Positions 1-13,338 of a stretch of 64,000 bases of DNA are shown here, one piece after another. A program made the position numbers and the translations under genes. Source of the DNA: Penicillus capitatus (taxonomy: Eukaryota > Plantae > Chlorophyta). Under the pieces are notes generated by a model. It ran no database searches. It saw nothing but the letters and a program-made list of their open reading frames with translations, and was not told where the DNA came from. Numbering within the stretch: position 1 is the first letter of the stretch; every line of letters begins with the position of its first letter. Where the stretch lies: assembly GCA_965649825.1 (NCBI GenBank), contig OZ287694.1:1487197-1551196 (forward strand), given 5' to 3'.

Positions 1-2174
1 TGGACGAGAGAAGTAACGGAACGGTAAGTCCAAACGCAAGAACGTTTCGACCAATGAAAAAGCGTCTTCGTGGTAGTTTGATAATCGATTATGGACAAGG
101 GGAAGTTTTCGGGCTGGATAACTCTAATGGCATTCCAATTCTATGCGACTCGATTATGCAGAAACACCCTGAGTGTACGTTGCTGTTGCTTGAGTACTTG
201 AAGACATGCGGCGAGGATAAAATTATGCTTGGAGTACACGTAATGCTGAAGTGGGCGCTAAGCAACCGAGCCGAGGAGGTAGCGAGATTCCTCCTCGACT
301 GTGTGGAAGCGAAGAGGTTGCCCGTGGACGAGTCCTTCCGCATTCTCGCCAACTGCCTCTTCCCTCTGATCGCAGAGTTTCCCGATCTTGCGAATCGCTA
401 CATCAAGAACGACAGTTTCTCATTCGAGTACGGAAGATTCTCAGTTTCCCGTTCCCTGATTGATAAGAACAAGAATCGACCGATCGCTATGATAACAGAA
501 GAGCCACCGGGCGGATTTACAATGACCGACACCGAAACGGTTAGGGATTTCTGGATAGAAAAATGCGTGGAGCACTCCGAAGACCTGAAGGAGGACTCGA
601 CCGATTTTCAGGTCGAGATGGCAGCCAAGTTCTTCTGCGTTAAGGACCCTGCAATTCTGACAGCAGACGATCTCAGAGGAGAACATCTCTGTGTATGCCT
701 CGACAGACAGGATTTCCCAGTGGAGTTTTTCGAATCCGAGGCACTGAAGAACTTGGTTGACTGGTGGTTTTGTTATCATTGCCAGCTGTACTATTTCTTC
801 ATCTTCCTGGATGGCATAGCCACCTTGATCTTTACGATCTTTGCTTATATGTATGGGCACCAGGACAGCGTGGGAATAGCAAATCAGCAACTGTTGCTAG
901 GACTGTCGATTTCTTCGATGATTCTTCGATATGGGAGCTTGTTCTTCTACTGGTCTTTTGCAAGGCGAGAAATCGTTTAGTCGTAATCTGCGAGCCAGCC
1001 TCTTAGATGGATGTGTGTAGGCTCAGCATCCTGTGTATCGAATGTACGCTCTTCATTCAGATCTGCATCACAACTCATTACTACAGTCACTCAGCCTTCC
1101 TGATATCCATCTGTTGTATCCTTCAGTGGATCTCGGTACTGTTCAGATTCGCACTCATCCGATTGTCTCGTAAGTGTGTTCGTTCTTGAACTCTAGATAT
1201 TCCGTCTGTCACAAGCATTTGATCGAATTGGGCCGTTCATCTCGATGGTGACTTCGGCAATCAAGGACTCGTGGCGATTTCTGCTGCTCGTGGCTGTTAT
1301 GATTCTTGGCTACTCGATCGCATTCATGGCCCTTTTCCAGAGCGGATCCATTGAAGATGAAGACAGCAACTTCAGCTCCCTTCCACGCACAATCGAGACC
1401 CTCCTCTACTCGTGCATCGGAAACTTCGAGGTTGACGTAAGTCCCTGTCCACTTCCCCTCCTATCTCCCAAATGCTGTGCTGTTTGTGTCGACGCAGATG
1501 TTTCGATCTTCGAAAAACTTTCTCACAGTATGGGCTACTCTGCTGTTCGCTTCCTTCGTCTATATTGGACCGATTATGCTGATCAGTCTGCTGATTGCCA
1601 TTCTGACGGACACGTACGACAGAGTCCATGCAAAGCATCAAGCAGAATTGAGAAAACTCCGACTCAGGATCGTCGCCAATTGTCAGCGTTCAGAGAGTAG
1701 CTCGATCAGACATCTCCTGTAAGTTCCTCCAAGATTTAGAAACATATTCGAAGTGACAACGTTTGACGGTGCTACAGGAAAGCAATAACAGGAGCTTATA
1801 GAGGAATTAACGCCCGTCTTTCCACCCCTGTCGAAACACCAAATATTTCACTCTACTACATGTTGCTTGATGAAGATCATTCTTGCTTCCACTATTTGGT
1901 TCCTGTTGAGGGCAGCGAATCAGAATCGCCTGTTGAAGAATGGCAAGGAAGAGTGATGGCATTCGAAAGGACCATCAAGTCTGAAGCTCAAAAGAACGCG
2001 GAAGGATTCAAAGAGCAACATGCAATCTTAGAAGGCAAGATAGACGGATTAGAAGAGAGGATGAACAGAATGGAAGGTTCCACGAGCAAACTGGAAACTT
2101 CCTCGAGCAGACTGGAGGCTGCTGTGGATCAAATCCTTCAGAAGTTGGATGGCAATGGCCCGTCTTTAACCTGA
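1..2174 (+). CDS. TRP-like ankyrin/6-TM cation channel A1 (multi-exon; 5' exon lies upstream of the window)
   Basis: Spliced ORFs 54-980, 1007-1189, 1245-, 1477-1722 and 1860-2174 give degenerate ankyrin repeats (NGIPILCDSIMQKHPECTLLLLEY) and four TM helices. These are followed by S5, a pore (TIETLLYSCIGNFE), S6 (LISLLIAILTDTYDRV) and a C-terminal coiled coil. Introns: 24-76 (GT-AG) and 965-1020 (GC-AG). Confidence 0.8.
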
Positions 2175-5100
2175 ACAAACAGTCTAGCGAAGGCGAATGC
2201 CCATTGTTGATCACAAAACCTTTCAGATCCTTTTTCTTTTCTTTATTTGATTCGCAAAGGTCGTTGCCTCGGGCGTTGGTGATTTCTGAGTGGATGTCTC
2301 TTATCTTGTCGACCCTTTATCCAGACGTAACATGAAGATAGGCCTGATGTGTTTGGCGACGACCTTTGATGCTGATAAGTTTGATTGCTATCGGTGATCC
2401 TTGCTGGACAGTCCTAGAATTCTTTATTGATCCATCGGAACGAAACAGAATGTGTAAATATCGGGAACAATAGCGATCGACTTCACGAATCGCAGATCCT
2501 TGCTATCTCGCGCAAAGATCGTATCTTCTGTCGGCCAATCCCCGAATTCGACAAGGGCAGCGCCCTGTCCCTGCCTCTGTTGCGAAATGATGCAATGTAC
2601 TGTCGCGCCTTAAGTATGTGTGACCTGTTGCTGTCATGCCAGTTCTCTGTTCTGTCAGGCAAGACACCCAAAGCCGCTTTGCTATCACAGCATGTACTTT
2701 TTGTGTATGCACATCTGATGGCTTAATTTGCGAACTGCCTCTGTCGTTCGACAGGTATCCTCCAATCGGCAGCCAGTGTTCTGGTCACTCTCAAGTAGTT
2801 GGCCCGTTGTTGCCTCAAGGCAGGTAGTGAGCGATAGTTGAACGCATTACATTCTGTCTTTCGTCAGTAGGAAGACCGCTATGCGTCTTGCCTACTCCCA
2901 TACAAATGGATGGAAGCTCGTGTGGGATGGATTCGCTAAAGGACGAAACGCTAGTCGACGGAGCAGAATTTCCGATTCTCGCCCGTGACGCCAGTTTTTG
3001 GCTAATTTGCACACTGCTATTCGGAGACCCTTCGCTTCCCTCTCTACTGTCGTGGCCACACCCCGAAAAGCATCAAGCGCATTAGACGATACAGGAAGGG
3101 TCTCCTGGCTGCAATTTGCTGTCGATGCTCTGGAGATAAGATGTCTAACAGACAGACAGCATCACGACATGACCCAGAGCTGTCTGAGTGGATTCACAGA
3201 GTGCATGGCGAAGGCTCTGTAGAATTCCATGTTCGACTGTTGGCGATTACCATTCGGAGCTTGTCTCATCCGTTCAGCACAGCTGATGGCTAAATGTAAC
3301 TGTTCGCCATTCATACCTTGTCTTTCGACCGTCCATCGCTGTTCAAACGTCCTTCGTTCGGTGATGCGGTCCTGCCTGGCTGAGATCTATGACATGAGCA
3401 TAGATTGAATCCATTGAATCGTAATCCACTTGCAGGAGCAGCTTCTTTCAGCTGCGTTTTGTTCTTCGATTGTGACGACTCGCCGGAATTCGCCTGCCAT
3501 ACTGTTCTATTGTAGCAATAAAAGATACTGCGTGTTGTGTCTGATGTCCGTCGCTGGAGACACAGACTGTCTTTCTCACTTCGATGATTCCACTATCCTC
3601 TGTCGTACACGAAGGGAGGGACTTCTACAAAGATGACATTGCGAGAGGAGTCTTCGGTACAGTAGTGCTCCGAGCACTTCATCAGGCCGTAGAAATGATG
3701 GTCCCGCTGGTTTACACTCTATGGTTTCCACAGACGTTGCTGTTGACAAAGGACGATCGCGACAGAACCTGTAACGATCGACGAGTACGAGAAATTCCTG
3801 TACTAAGACGCGAAGCGGTGCGCGTCATTCTCTGACGATTCCCAGGCAGAGACCACTTGACGTGTGGCGACGCTTGCAAAGGCACGCGGCGTGTATTCGA
3901 CCTGGCAGGAGATGAGGCCAGAGAAGTTCAGCAATGCATGCGTCACTAGCTTCTCTGAACTGAGATTCAAGTTTTGTTTCTCTGAGGCAGATGATGGAAG
4001 CTACGGAGGGGCGATTTCCTATGCAGAGCAGTGGCCGGCACTTGTTAGAATGACTTTCGCACTCAAGGAGGCAATTCCTTTTGCCCATGACCTTTGATCT
4101 GTCTGCATTTGGTTGCTCTCTATATTGTGTCGTTTCATCTAAAAGGTAACACGCGCTTCTTTGAAGAGACGTGGCAACAGGTGTCGTTACATAGAGCTTC
4201 TCTTTTCCGCCAGAAATCCTAATCCGTGAACATTTCATAAAGAGAATCTGTATCAAGTGACTTGTTTTCTATTGAAAAGGGCGACGAATGTGACAAACTG
4301 TAAGCGGGCACTGTCTGAGGAGAAATAGCATCCAGCATGCAGCACGCGTCGAAGCCGACGTGGACAGAAATTGGAGCTGTTTACACATAAAGACGTTAGG
4401 ACATCGGAACGGTAAGTGTCTTCACAGAAAACTTAAACGTTGCATAGATAGATCTACAACGGATCCGTTCACTCTGATCTTTCAATTCTTGTTTGCATGT
4501 TTGCATGCAATGGCACGACGATTAACAATGCCAGTTTCTTTTAAGAAAGGTGTAGCGATGTGACATTGTAGTAATAGATTCTTCTCTTGAAGTGGTTCGT
4601 AGACGACTTTAGTTAGGGGCTCTCCTTTTCCCATGGCTGAAGATTTGACCGAGGCGGTACATCGACAATCAAGCATTATTTGAGCGTTCGATGTTTTGAG
4701 GTAATGAGGTTAAAGTGATGGAGACCACACGCTACAGTACACTGTGTTCCTTCTTGCAAACCTCTACTCTTAGATGGCTGGTTATCTCCAACTTGTTGAC
4801 GCAGACAAGCAAACGGAACGTTAAGGGATGGATGCCCTTTGGAGGAGGGGAGAACAAAGAGGAGGGGACACTCATTTTTTACTGTTTCCAAGTTGCACTC
4901 TACAGACTGGTCTTGCTCTAACGACCATGAACTTAAGACAGACAGCCAGTATTTGTGTTGTCCTATCGTTCCGACTTGCGCTATCTTGAATATATCTCCT
5001 GATTTCAACAGCGTGTCCATTGTACGTACAACATGATTATTTGGAGATTAAAGGGAGACTTCTTAGTCACAGGCCATTAGTTTTGTCTTGAGTACTGAAT

Positions 5101-6299
5101 CCATGAAGACGCGGTTCTAAAAGGTTATCAGAAAGGTGTCGAGATAGTTGAAAAAGAGAACGAAAACATAAAGAAAGCTGCGCGGAATCTATTGAAACGG
5201 AGCTGCAAGGATGCCTCGCGTGTATTGCATCTCTTCTGCGAAGACCGAGAGATCTATCTGTTTAAGGAAGCTTGTTTGTCATGCTCGAGTATTTTGTTTA
5301 AGGACCATCCAAGGCTGCGTTTACATCCGGACGACTAATAGGCCATTAAGATCGGCTGGTTTGGCCAACGCGGAGATGCGCACTTTAGCGCACACGACGA
5401 TCAACTATTGTCCTTTTGCAGGTGATGGCATGTGGTCAAACGTCGGCGATAGCAGATGACGTCGATTGGGTTCCCAATCGAAAACATGACTTAAATGGCG
5501 ATACTGATTATGAGACCTGGCAGTGTCTTCTGCCATCGACGACGTCAAGACATCTAGATGCATTGACAGAGGAAGCATCGGAGGCCGTCTGTCCATTGGA
5601 CAGGAAGGGAATTAAGTCACTGAATCCCACTGAACATTACTCAAGAAGGCAAGAGACTCTTTCAAGCGCGAAAGGGATATCCAACTGTGCATGTCGTCCC
5701 AAACTCCCAACGTAGTAGATCAGTCTGGCGGTAAGTACTATCGCCATGCAAAGAAGTAAGATAAGTGTTAGATCCATCAGCTCCCAGAACTGTTATTTAG
5801 TCATAAGTATAATTAACTGTTCCATGTTCTTCGTTTCCAGTCTCGAGAACGAAGAAGAACAGCAGACCTCAGTGCCGCAAGGCACATCACTCTACAACTG
5901 AGCAGTCGGTGTCCGTGCGCTCCGTGCAACTTGTCGTGCCTGGGAAGCCAAGAACGGACTTTCCTCTCCCGGCACGGCTAAAGAAAGAAACATGAACAGC
6001 AAAGAGCACACTGCCAATGAGAACAAGATCCCAGAAGGCATAAAGTGGGGGCATGATGCCAAGATCTGAGTGGCGTTTGCGTGGTACATACAGATTAGCG
6101 ACTCTGTAAGAGTGGATTGCTTGAATAAGAAGGGCAGCGCCTGATGGTCATACTGCACCCGCCTTAAGAATACAGCTTAGTGTAGACATGTAAAGGGCGG
6201 CGATCGAGAGTTGGAGACGAGAAACTTTAGTTGACCACCTCATGGCTGCCGTTATTTCCAGCGCCCCGTTGAACGAAGTGGCTCTGTGCACGGATTGAT

Positions 6300-7320
6300 A
6301 CCTTTAGTTATTTCCAGTCAGGCGTCGCCCCGGGTGAAGTATACCGCCAGCCGTCCATCGGAGGTGGATGGCAACCCAGCCAACAGCCTATTCGAACAAC
6401 CGTGCTTGTCAGTTCCTATGAGAGAGCGATCCGAGTTACCTGGGGGGTTGCGAAAGCTTGCAGGGCCCGCTTCTGTCACCTTCCACGACAGGGACACCGA
6501 CCCGTGCAATGCCACACCCCACACCTTCACTGCATTTTCCCCCTGCAGCGCCAGCTAAGGAGTCGTGTCGGCGCGCACGCGAATAAAAAAGTACACACAA
6601 GGAAGAAACAGAAAAGAACGACAGCACAGAAAAGCAAACAGGAAAGAAACCCTCAGCTGACCGAAAAGGTAGAAGGAAGGCAAAAGACAGAAAGCAGGGG
6701 GCCGGTCTCAAGCCCAGATGGTACACAAGCAAGCAAAGACACATTCACAGGACTACAGACAATAGAATGGACTAGAATTGAAACACCATGAACGACAATC
6801 AAATGAGGAGGGGCAAAATGACCAAAAATCACAGGTTGAAATGTAAGAGACATGAAACACACAATCAAGAAAGGGGCTATGCTGAACACAGTGAATGAAG
6901 GAAACAGAAAGAGCAGGACCTAATCAAAGTGCTAAAAACTATCATCTAATTCGAAAGAATCTAAAAAATCCACCCAGGACGGAAAGAAAAGACCCTAATC
7001 AAGCAGAGACCCTTATAGAAAAGATGAAAATGCGGGTCCCGGGTGGGGTCTCCTTCGCCGGCCGCCTTCAGAGTACTGGCGACAGATCCGATGCAGAGCG
7101 GCTTGGATCGGGCCCAGCGCTTCCGAATGACGCCACGTCCACGCAAACTCCGCTTGGCCCACCGCAGAGCTGCGTCAGCCAGGTGCCGCCACCAGCGACG
7201 GCTGCATCTGCGACGAACACAAGTATGAATTCAGTAAGACGGCAGGGTAGCGGATGAAATTCGCTTACGAGGATTTCCCGGGGACGCCGCTGACCGGATT
7301 GTGCCTCACGAGCCATTTTT
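6300..7320 (-). mobile_element. Possible degraded tyrosine-recombinase (DIRS/Ngaro/Crypton-like) element remnant
   Basis: The minus-strand frame IGSVASTLKAAGEGDPTRDPHFHLFYKGL resembles the 'g..dPT....v...lkG' motif of YR N-terminal domains. An adjacent ~450-nt tract is strongly A-rich on the + strand. No intact ORF or termini were recognised. Confidence 0.25.
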
Positions 7321-8763
7321 AAAGTGCTTGGCGATACGGCCGGCGATGGAAAAAACGTAGACGGTTCTGTGGCGGAAGAGGCGTGTTTTGTTCACGCTGC
7401 TCCGGACGGATAGCACAACGGCAAGCGCAGGTCGCGGACCGTAGTGTCACGGGCGCCAGTTCTGGCCGACCCCTCTGTCAGGGTATCGGACTTCGGCAAT
7501 ACGAACGCAGTAAACGCGTTAAAGCGCAACGGACTTCCATCGCTGCGTTCGCTGTTTTCGGAGGGTTCAGGTTACTTCGTCGACCTAAGGACAGTTCCCG
7601 AAGACAGATAACCTCACAAGCTGTGCGTGCGTCGGTGCACGAAGGTTGACGTTCCGAGATGAACACCTTCCGTCGCATGGCTGTCTCGTTCGGAGAGTAA
7701 GCACCGCGACGAAGCTCTTTGCGTTTGGCGAAGTCGACGGACGGACAGAAAGGACAAATGCAGAAATGCGCGTTGTGCGGTGCGACGTCGGTTATGTTTG
7801 TACGACGGTTAATCCTGTGTTTTGATCAGATCATCTTGACGAAGGGTATATCGCATACACAGTAAGGAACGTCCAGGGCATACACTGCCTACCGGTCCTT
7901 GCATGTTCAGTATTTTACAAGATCTGCCGATGGTAGCTTTCCGATTGCGTCAAGGCACCGCAGCATTGAGAATCCCTGCAGCTCGAACACATGAACAAGC
8001 AGTCGATGCTGTCTGTCAAAGATACACTGACTAAGAATGATTCAGCCATTCAATGGAAGGCTGTCCGTTGATTTCATTGAGGCACCGGTTATGATATCGC
8101 ATAAGACAGTGCAGGCGCAAATCTGCCATTTGAGGATGCAGTCTCCTCTCAAATCCAGAGTTTTTTTCGAGAGATGTCCTCGCGTCTAATGGAGTATGCA
8201 AGAGAAGTGGATCATCAGTAATCTGTGAATCCTAGAGTACAAAGTGACTAAGAAACCCTAGCCTCCTGTATCTTGTCGTGTGGACAGAGGATAAGTATAT
8301 AGCATCAATGTTTCCTTCTTCGAAGCATCTATCAGTCGCTCTTCCCGACAGTAGAAGGACGTAAGGTATGGCATGAACCTTAAATCGTTGATGTTGGATT
8401 CATTAGACATTAATGAGAAGCAATCTTTGGGGATGGAGTCGAGGAGATGTGCAATCCAGAAAGCCAATCTTAAGTGTCCCAATGCTTACAGCTCTGTCCC
8501 GTTCCCGACGAGTAACAGGGAACTTGTAAACATTGGATTGAGAAACAGAGATTTCTGTCTTTGATCAAACTCATTGGCAGCAGACATGTACGTCACACGC
8601 ACAGTTTATGTCCCAGATACGATTAACGGTCTGTTAACAAAACACAATCCTAAAAATGCCCAGAGCAAATGGTCATCGACCTTTGCTCTATCCAGCTAAG
8701 AGATGAGATCTTCCGATGGACTTTGTGCTCAACGCGGTGCGTTTGATTGTGTCACATAATTGC

Positions 8764-11306
8764 TCAACTGGAAGATGGACCATTCGCATCCAGTTTTTGA
8801 AGAATTTGGTATATGGCAGTTTCCATTCTGTCCATTCTCTCCTCCACGTGACGCCTCCAGTTTTCTTCCTGCAGTTTGTTTTCTGTTGTCTCCTTGTCAA
8901 TCTTCGAGCAATGTGCTGCAAGTTCATCGATCTTCTTGTCTGTAAGTATGTGTTGCTCCTTCAACCTTCTCTTAATCTTCTGACCTTCAGACTTGATGGT
9001 TCTTTCCATCGCCACCAGTTTGCCATGCCATTCATCGTCGTGCGATTTTAGTTCATCGACTTCAGGGACCAGGAAATGAAAGTATCTTCCAGCCAGTTCG
9101 TTTGCAACAACTTTACCAGTCATCCTCACACGTTTCGATGATGGAAGCCATCGACGACAACACGACAAAAAGTGTGCAACAATTAGAATCGGAAGGTCGC
9201 TGCACCACTAACACACATTAACAGTCAGATTCAGATTCCGATTGTTCTTTAACGACTTACGATGGCCAAAGGTCTTGAGTAAAGAGAAACTGAAACCTGG
9301 CAATCAATCGAAGTCGGAGTCTTCGCAATTCCGCTTTCTCTTTTAATCGAACTCTGTCAAAGATATCTTGCACAATGGCGATCAGAACATTGATCAGCAC
9401 GATCGGCAAAATGTAGATGAATGAAGCAAACAGCACAGTGGCCCAAATCGCAAGACGGCTATTTGAAGATCGAAACATCTGCATCACCAAACGAGATCAG
9501 ACATCAAAGACACAGCTGGAGAAATTAGCAAAGACGTACTTCGACATCGAAGTTCCCGAGGCAGGCGTAGAGGAGGGTTTCAACTGCAGGCCCAAAAGAA
9601 TTGAAGTTTTCTTCGTCATTTGCATTGAGCCCTTGTGTAAAGAGCACCACAAATGCTGATGAATACCCGACGATCAAAAGAATCATTAACAGCAGAAAAC
9701 GCCAGGAGTCCAAAACGGCTGAAGTCGCCACCGAGACAAGCGTCCCGATTCGTTCAAACGGATGCCACGAGAGAAACATCTAGAGTGCACGAACAAACTC
9801 AGTGGGAGGCAGAAACGATTTGGTAAACACCTCCATCCATTGAACAATGATGATCAGAGACATCAGAAAGACGCTGTATTTAATGGAACGATCGTCGAAG
9901 CGAGTGCGAAGAATCCCCAAGGATAGAGAGATTTCCGTAAGGCAGATGCCAAGCCTACAGTCATCCATCTCAGAAACAGGCTAAAAGTATAAATAGGCAA
10001 GTGAATGCTGACCTTCGAAAAGACCGGAGGTAAGCAGCTGATGTGGTTCGTAGACAGCAATAAGCAATGATCAGGCCCTCCTGAATTATCAAACTTGACT
10101 CCTTCTCCCCAAATGTGGAACTTGACTCTCCCGTTTCAATAAAAGATGTCATCGTCATGAAGATGATGGTAAGGGCCAGAGTGGCTAAGCCATCCATAAT
10201 GATGCTGGCTTGATAATCAGAGCGATAAACTCGAAACCAGTGATCAATAAAGTTCAGCAGCGTCTCAGACTGGAAAACTTCGACGGATAGGCTCAGATTG
10301 CGAAGGTATTCGCAGAGATGTTGAGCACCCTCGATAATGTTACGTCGGCGCCGTAAAAACGATTGCCATGCATTCAGCTTCCGAGGTATCGAACGACTGA
10401 TACAAAAGACCTTTGCAGTGACCGTGATCTGTGGATCTGTGGTGCTGCCAATAGAGTGACCCTCTTCTTCCCAGTGCTCGATCCATAAACCCTTTCCCTG
10501 CTCGCCATCCATAGCTTCCCAGTTGTCCGGTATCGTCATCGTGATCATAGTTTTTGCAAACTTACTGTTGTTGTCAAAAAGAACCTTCGGCATTCGAAAG
10601 CTGGCATAGTCGATGGTGAACTTATCATTCCTGAGCAGATCTGCCAACACATCGGGACGCCTTTCGCCAATGACGGGCAGGTGTTTCGCCAGGAGGTCAC
10701 TCGTTTCTTCGACACAAGCGTATTTTTCTGTGAGCTTGTCCAGAATGAATCTGACACTCTCGTATGTATCGCTCTCGATTGCCCAGAGCAGCAGATCTTC
10801 TCCCTCTGTTCGAAATGTCACGGCGATCCCTTCGTTCTTTGCGTAGTCGAGCAACATCTCTGCACAGTCGTATTGACCTTTTCTGATGGCATCCCAATAA
10901 ATGGGACATCCGTCTTCGACTATGGCATCGAGGACATCGATTCCGTGCTGGGAGATGATCCTGTCCGTCAAACAGAACGAGCAGTGAAAGGTAGGTCGAA
11001 ACGCGCAATGCTGCGCACCGGTCTACGTCTTCCGGCTTCCATGCCAACGGCGGTTCGATAACGAGACGCAGTTCGTTCGATGAACCGCTGCCTTCTCCTA
11101 AAGCAACGCATCGTCGCACATCCTTCAGTCGAAAGACGAAGAAGTTATGAGTGGCTTCAACAAACCTGAGTCGGAGATTGCGTTGCCTGCGGCGGCTCCA
11201 TCACCAAATTCCGTTCGGGCATCTGCCGCCGCAATAAAGGCAGTCTCGGTTCGTCATTCCCTTCGCTTGAAGCGATATCAGCCGTCGTCGAAAATATTGA
11301 ACCCAT
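8764..11306 (-). CDS. TRP-like ankyrin/6-TM cation channel B1
   Basis: Starts MGSIFSTTADIASSEGNDEPRLPLL (ATG 11306). Exons match ORFs 9970-10971, 9780-9968, 9525-9779, 9257-9490 and 8764-9168. Pore ETLLYACLGNFD; S6 LINVLIAIVQDIFDRV; coiled-coil tail. Confidence 0.82.
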
Positions 11307-12139
11307 CTGGGAGCAGTCGCAAAAAGGAAGGGCGAATGGTGCTTAAAAAAGGCGGAAAGTGTGGCAGCGCGCACAGGATCACTGTTATTTGGAACCAGCC
11401 GCGCAGTCCTTCACGCGGCCGCATCATTGCCATTTGATGCAGCATCAACGCTACGTCTACACGTATCTCAAGCTGAATCGAGCAGAGGCAAAGATAAGAC
11501 CTGCAACGAACTCTGTGCGACGTGTCATCCGACTTGGGTCGCTCATGGAGTCGATAGACTGCCTTGCAGCTCATGATTCAGCAGACACAGATGAAGAATT
11601 CCAAGCTCCTCACATGCGTCGAAGAAAAAAGACAAATTACTGAGCTCGGCAATGACGGCCTCGCACATCCGCGTCTTCCAGGAGCTCGGTGTCCACCCAA
11701 GGAACGAATTACGTTCTGACGCAGAGCTGTGTTTGCTGGCATGGCCACATCCAATGGGCACAGTGGAATCTGCCGAGAAACACTCCAGCAAGAGAAGTCG
11801 AAAGTTTGGCATCTTGGGTTCAGATCAGCAAACGATTGCTTCTCCTTTTGAAATCGTCACATCGATCCTGCGAACATGAATGGACTTTCTCTCATCGTCG
11901 TGGTCAATACAGTCTAGTTACTGTAATGCACACAGAGGATCTGACAATTTTTGAACTTGAATGTGTGAGAAGCGCGCTTTTTGGCTGCCATATCATCTGA
12001 TCTGGTCGCGACAGCGGGAGTAGAACGCGTGACGTGACTAATCTCGCTGGTTTCACATAATGGCGTCGAAGTTACATAAGCGTCTCCCAGAGAATGTTCT
12101 TCAACAGTTGCAGCTTAGCTTATTGCATTCCCATCCTTA

Positions 12140-13338
12140 TCAGATCTTTGTCTGAGTTCCTTGGAAGAGAACGGTCCCGTCTGTTTCGTCCACAATGAAA
12201 TAGAGGTAAGGACGGTCGACGATGATGTTGAACGGAGGAGGACCTATGACTGCGGATGTGGCTACAGCAATGATTGCCGTCGCCGCTGCTGCTTCCGTCC
12301 CCTACAAGCATCATCACTCATCACTGAGATCGCAAAAGAATCGCGACCTCTTCATCCACAATGATCTTGGCCTTGTGAATGACGTCGGAGATCGCCAACG
12401 ACTCGTCCTTTGTGATTCCAGAGAAATCCGCCGCAGACGAGAAGGCTGTCGACAGGCCGAGCTTCATTAGCATGTCGTTCAGAGGCTCCAGCGTCTGCTC
12501 CATTTCCCACTTGGGCATCTTGAGCAGATCGACTTTCCGCTCGACGAACCCGCTGCCAAACAGTGAGCTGATTTGCTTCCCGAGACCCCGTTCCGCTGTC
12601 TTCCATCCGTCGAGCTTGTTCGGCAGCAGGACGTACATCGTGAATGCATCGCCCTCGTACGGCAAGGCAAACAGAACGGCGTCCAGAGCATCCACATCCT
12701 TGACGCGAAATCTCTTATCCCTCAGCGACATGAAGGGCACCGTCTGGTCGCCGCCGATTGCATGGAAGGTGTCGTCTATTGTCCCGTCTACGGGGAAGCG
12801 CGTCTTCCAGCTTCCCTTGAAGTAGAGGGCGTTGACGGCGACGAGGACAGTGTCAGGCGAGAGGACTCCTCGTGGAATGAGATCCGGAATCAGCCCTGCC
12901 GTTCTCTGACTGACCCATGCATTGATTCGGACGCGGACGTCTTCGAAGGCTCGAAGAAAATCCACCGATTCGACGTTCGCCGACCCGATGCTCGACACGT
13001 AGGCGTCCTCGAGGGTCACAGACTGTTCGACATAGATGCGGTTCGCCATCTTCGCCACGGAGTCGCCAGAGTACTTCGTCAGTTTGGACGTGAGGTCGCC
13101 TCTGACGCGTTCATCCTGGACACAAGTATTCGAGGCGCGTCGAACGTCGGGGAGAGCTTACATCGAAATCGAAGAGCTTCTCGAGTTCGGTCTTGGTTCT
13201 GCCTCGAGCACCGTTGTAGACGAGGAGGAAACATACGGCTATGGACAGTGGAGAGAAGATGAGGTTATCGTCTATGTGTTGCGGTCGCCATTCGGACAGG
13301 AGTTTCTGCCCGAAAGCATTCACCGAGTTCGTCGTCAT
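12140..13338 (-). CDS. Serpin 1 (no signal peptide; 3 exons)
   Basis: Serpin motifs NLIFSPLSIA, INAWVSQRTAGLIPDL, VNALYFKGSW and VIHKAKIIVDEE|GTEAAAAT, ending DRPYLYFIVDETDGTVLFQG. GT-AG introns after FDFD and after VDEE; the last exon starts at 12301. Confidence 0.93.

Larger units (their letters stand above)
1..10368. repeat. Segmental duplication copy 1, apparently identical to 23011-33378 (period 23,010 bp)
   Basis: All ORF translations are identical at offset 23010 and spot checks match. The first mismatch I found is 10369 (t) vs 33379 (g). Confidence 0.95.

Noticed and set aside
3530-4100. Possible multi-exon gene (GRDFYKDDIARGVFG..., ADDGSYGGAISYAEQW...)
   Set aside because: I could not assemble a consistent stop-free spliced frame or recognise a family, and the duplicate is identical and therefore uninformative.
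7440-7610. VRVSDFG peptide resembling a kinase DFG motif
   Set aside because: It is a short isolated match with no other kinase subdomains.
11360-11900. Short ORFs between TRP-B and the serpin
   Set aside because: No recognisable domain, and stops differ between the two copies.
12573-13262. 229-aa plus-strand ORF
   Set aside because: Antisense shadow of serpin 1; the frame is not preserved in the serpin 2 copy.
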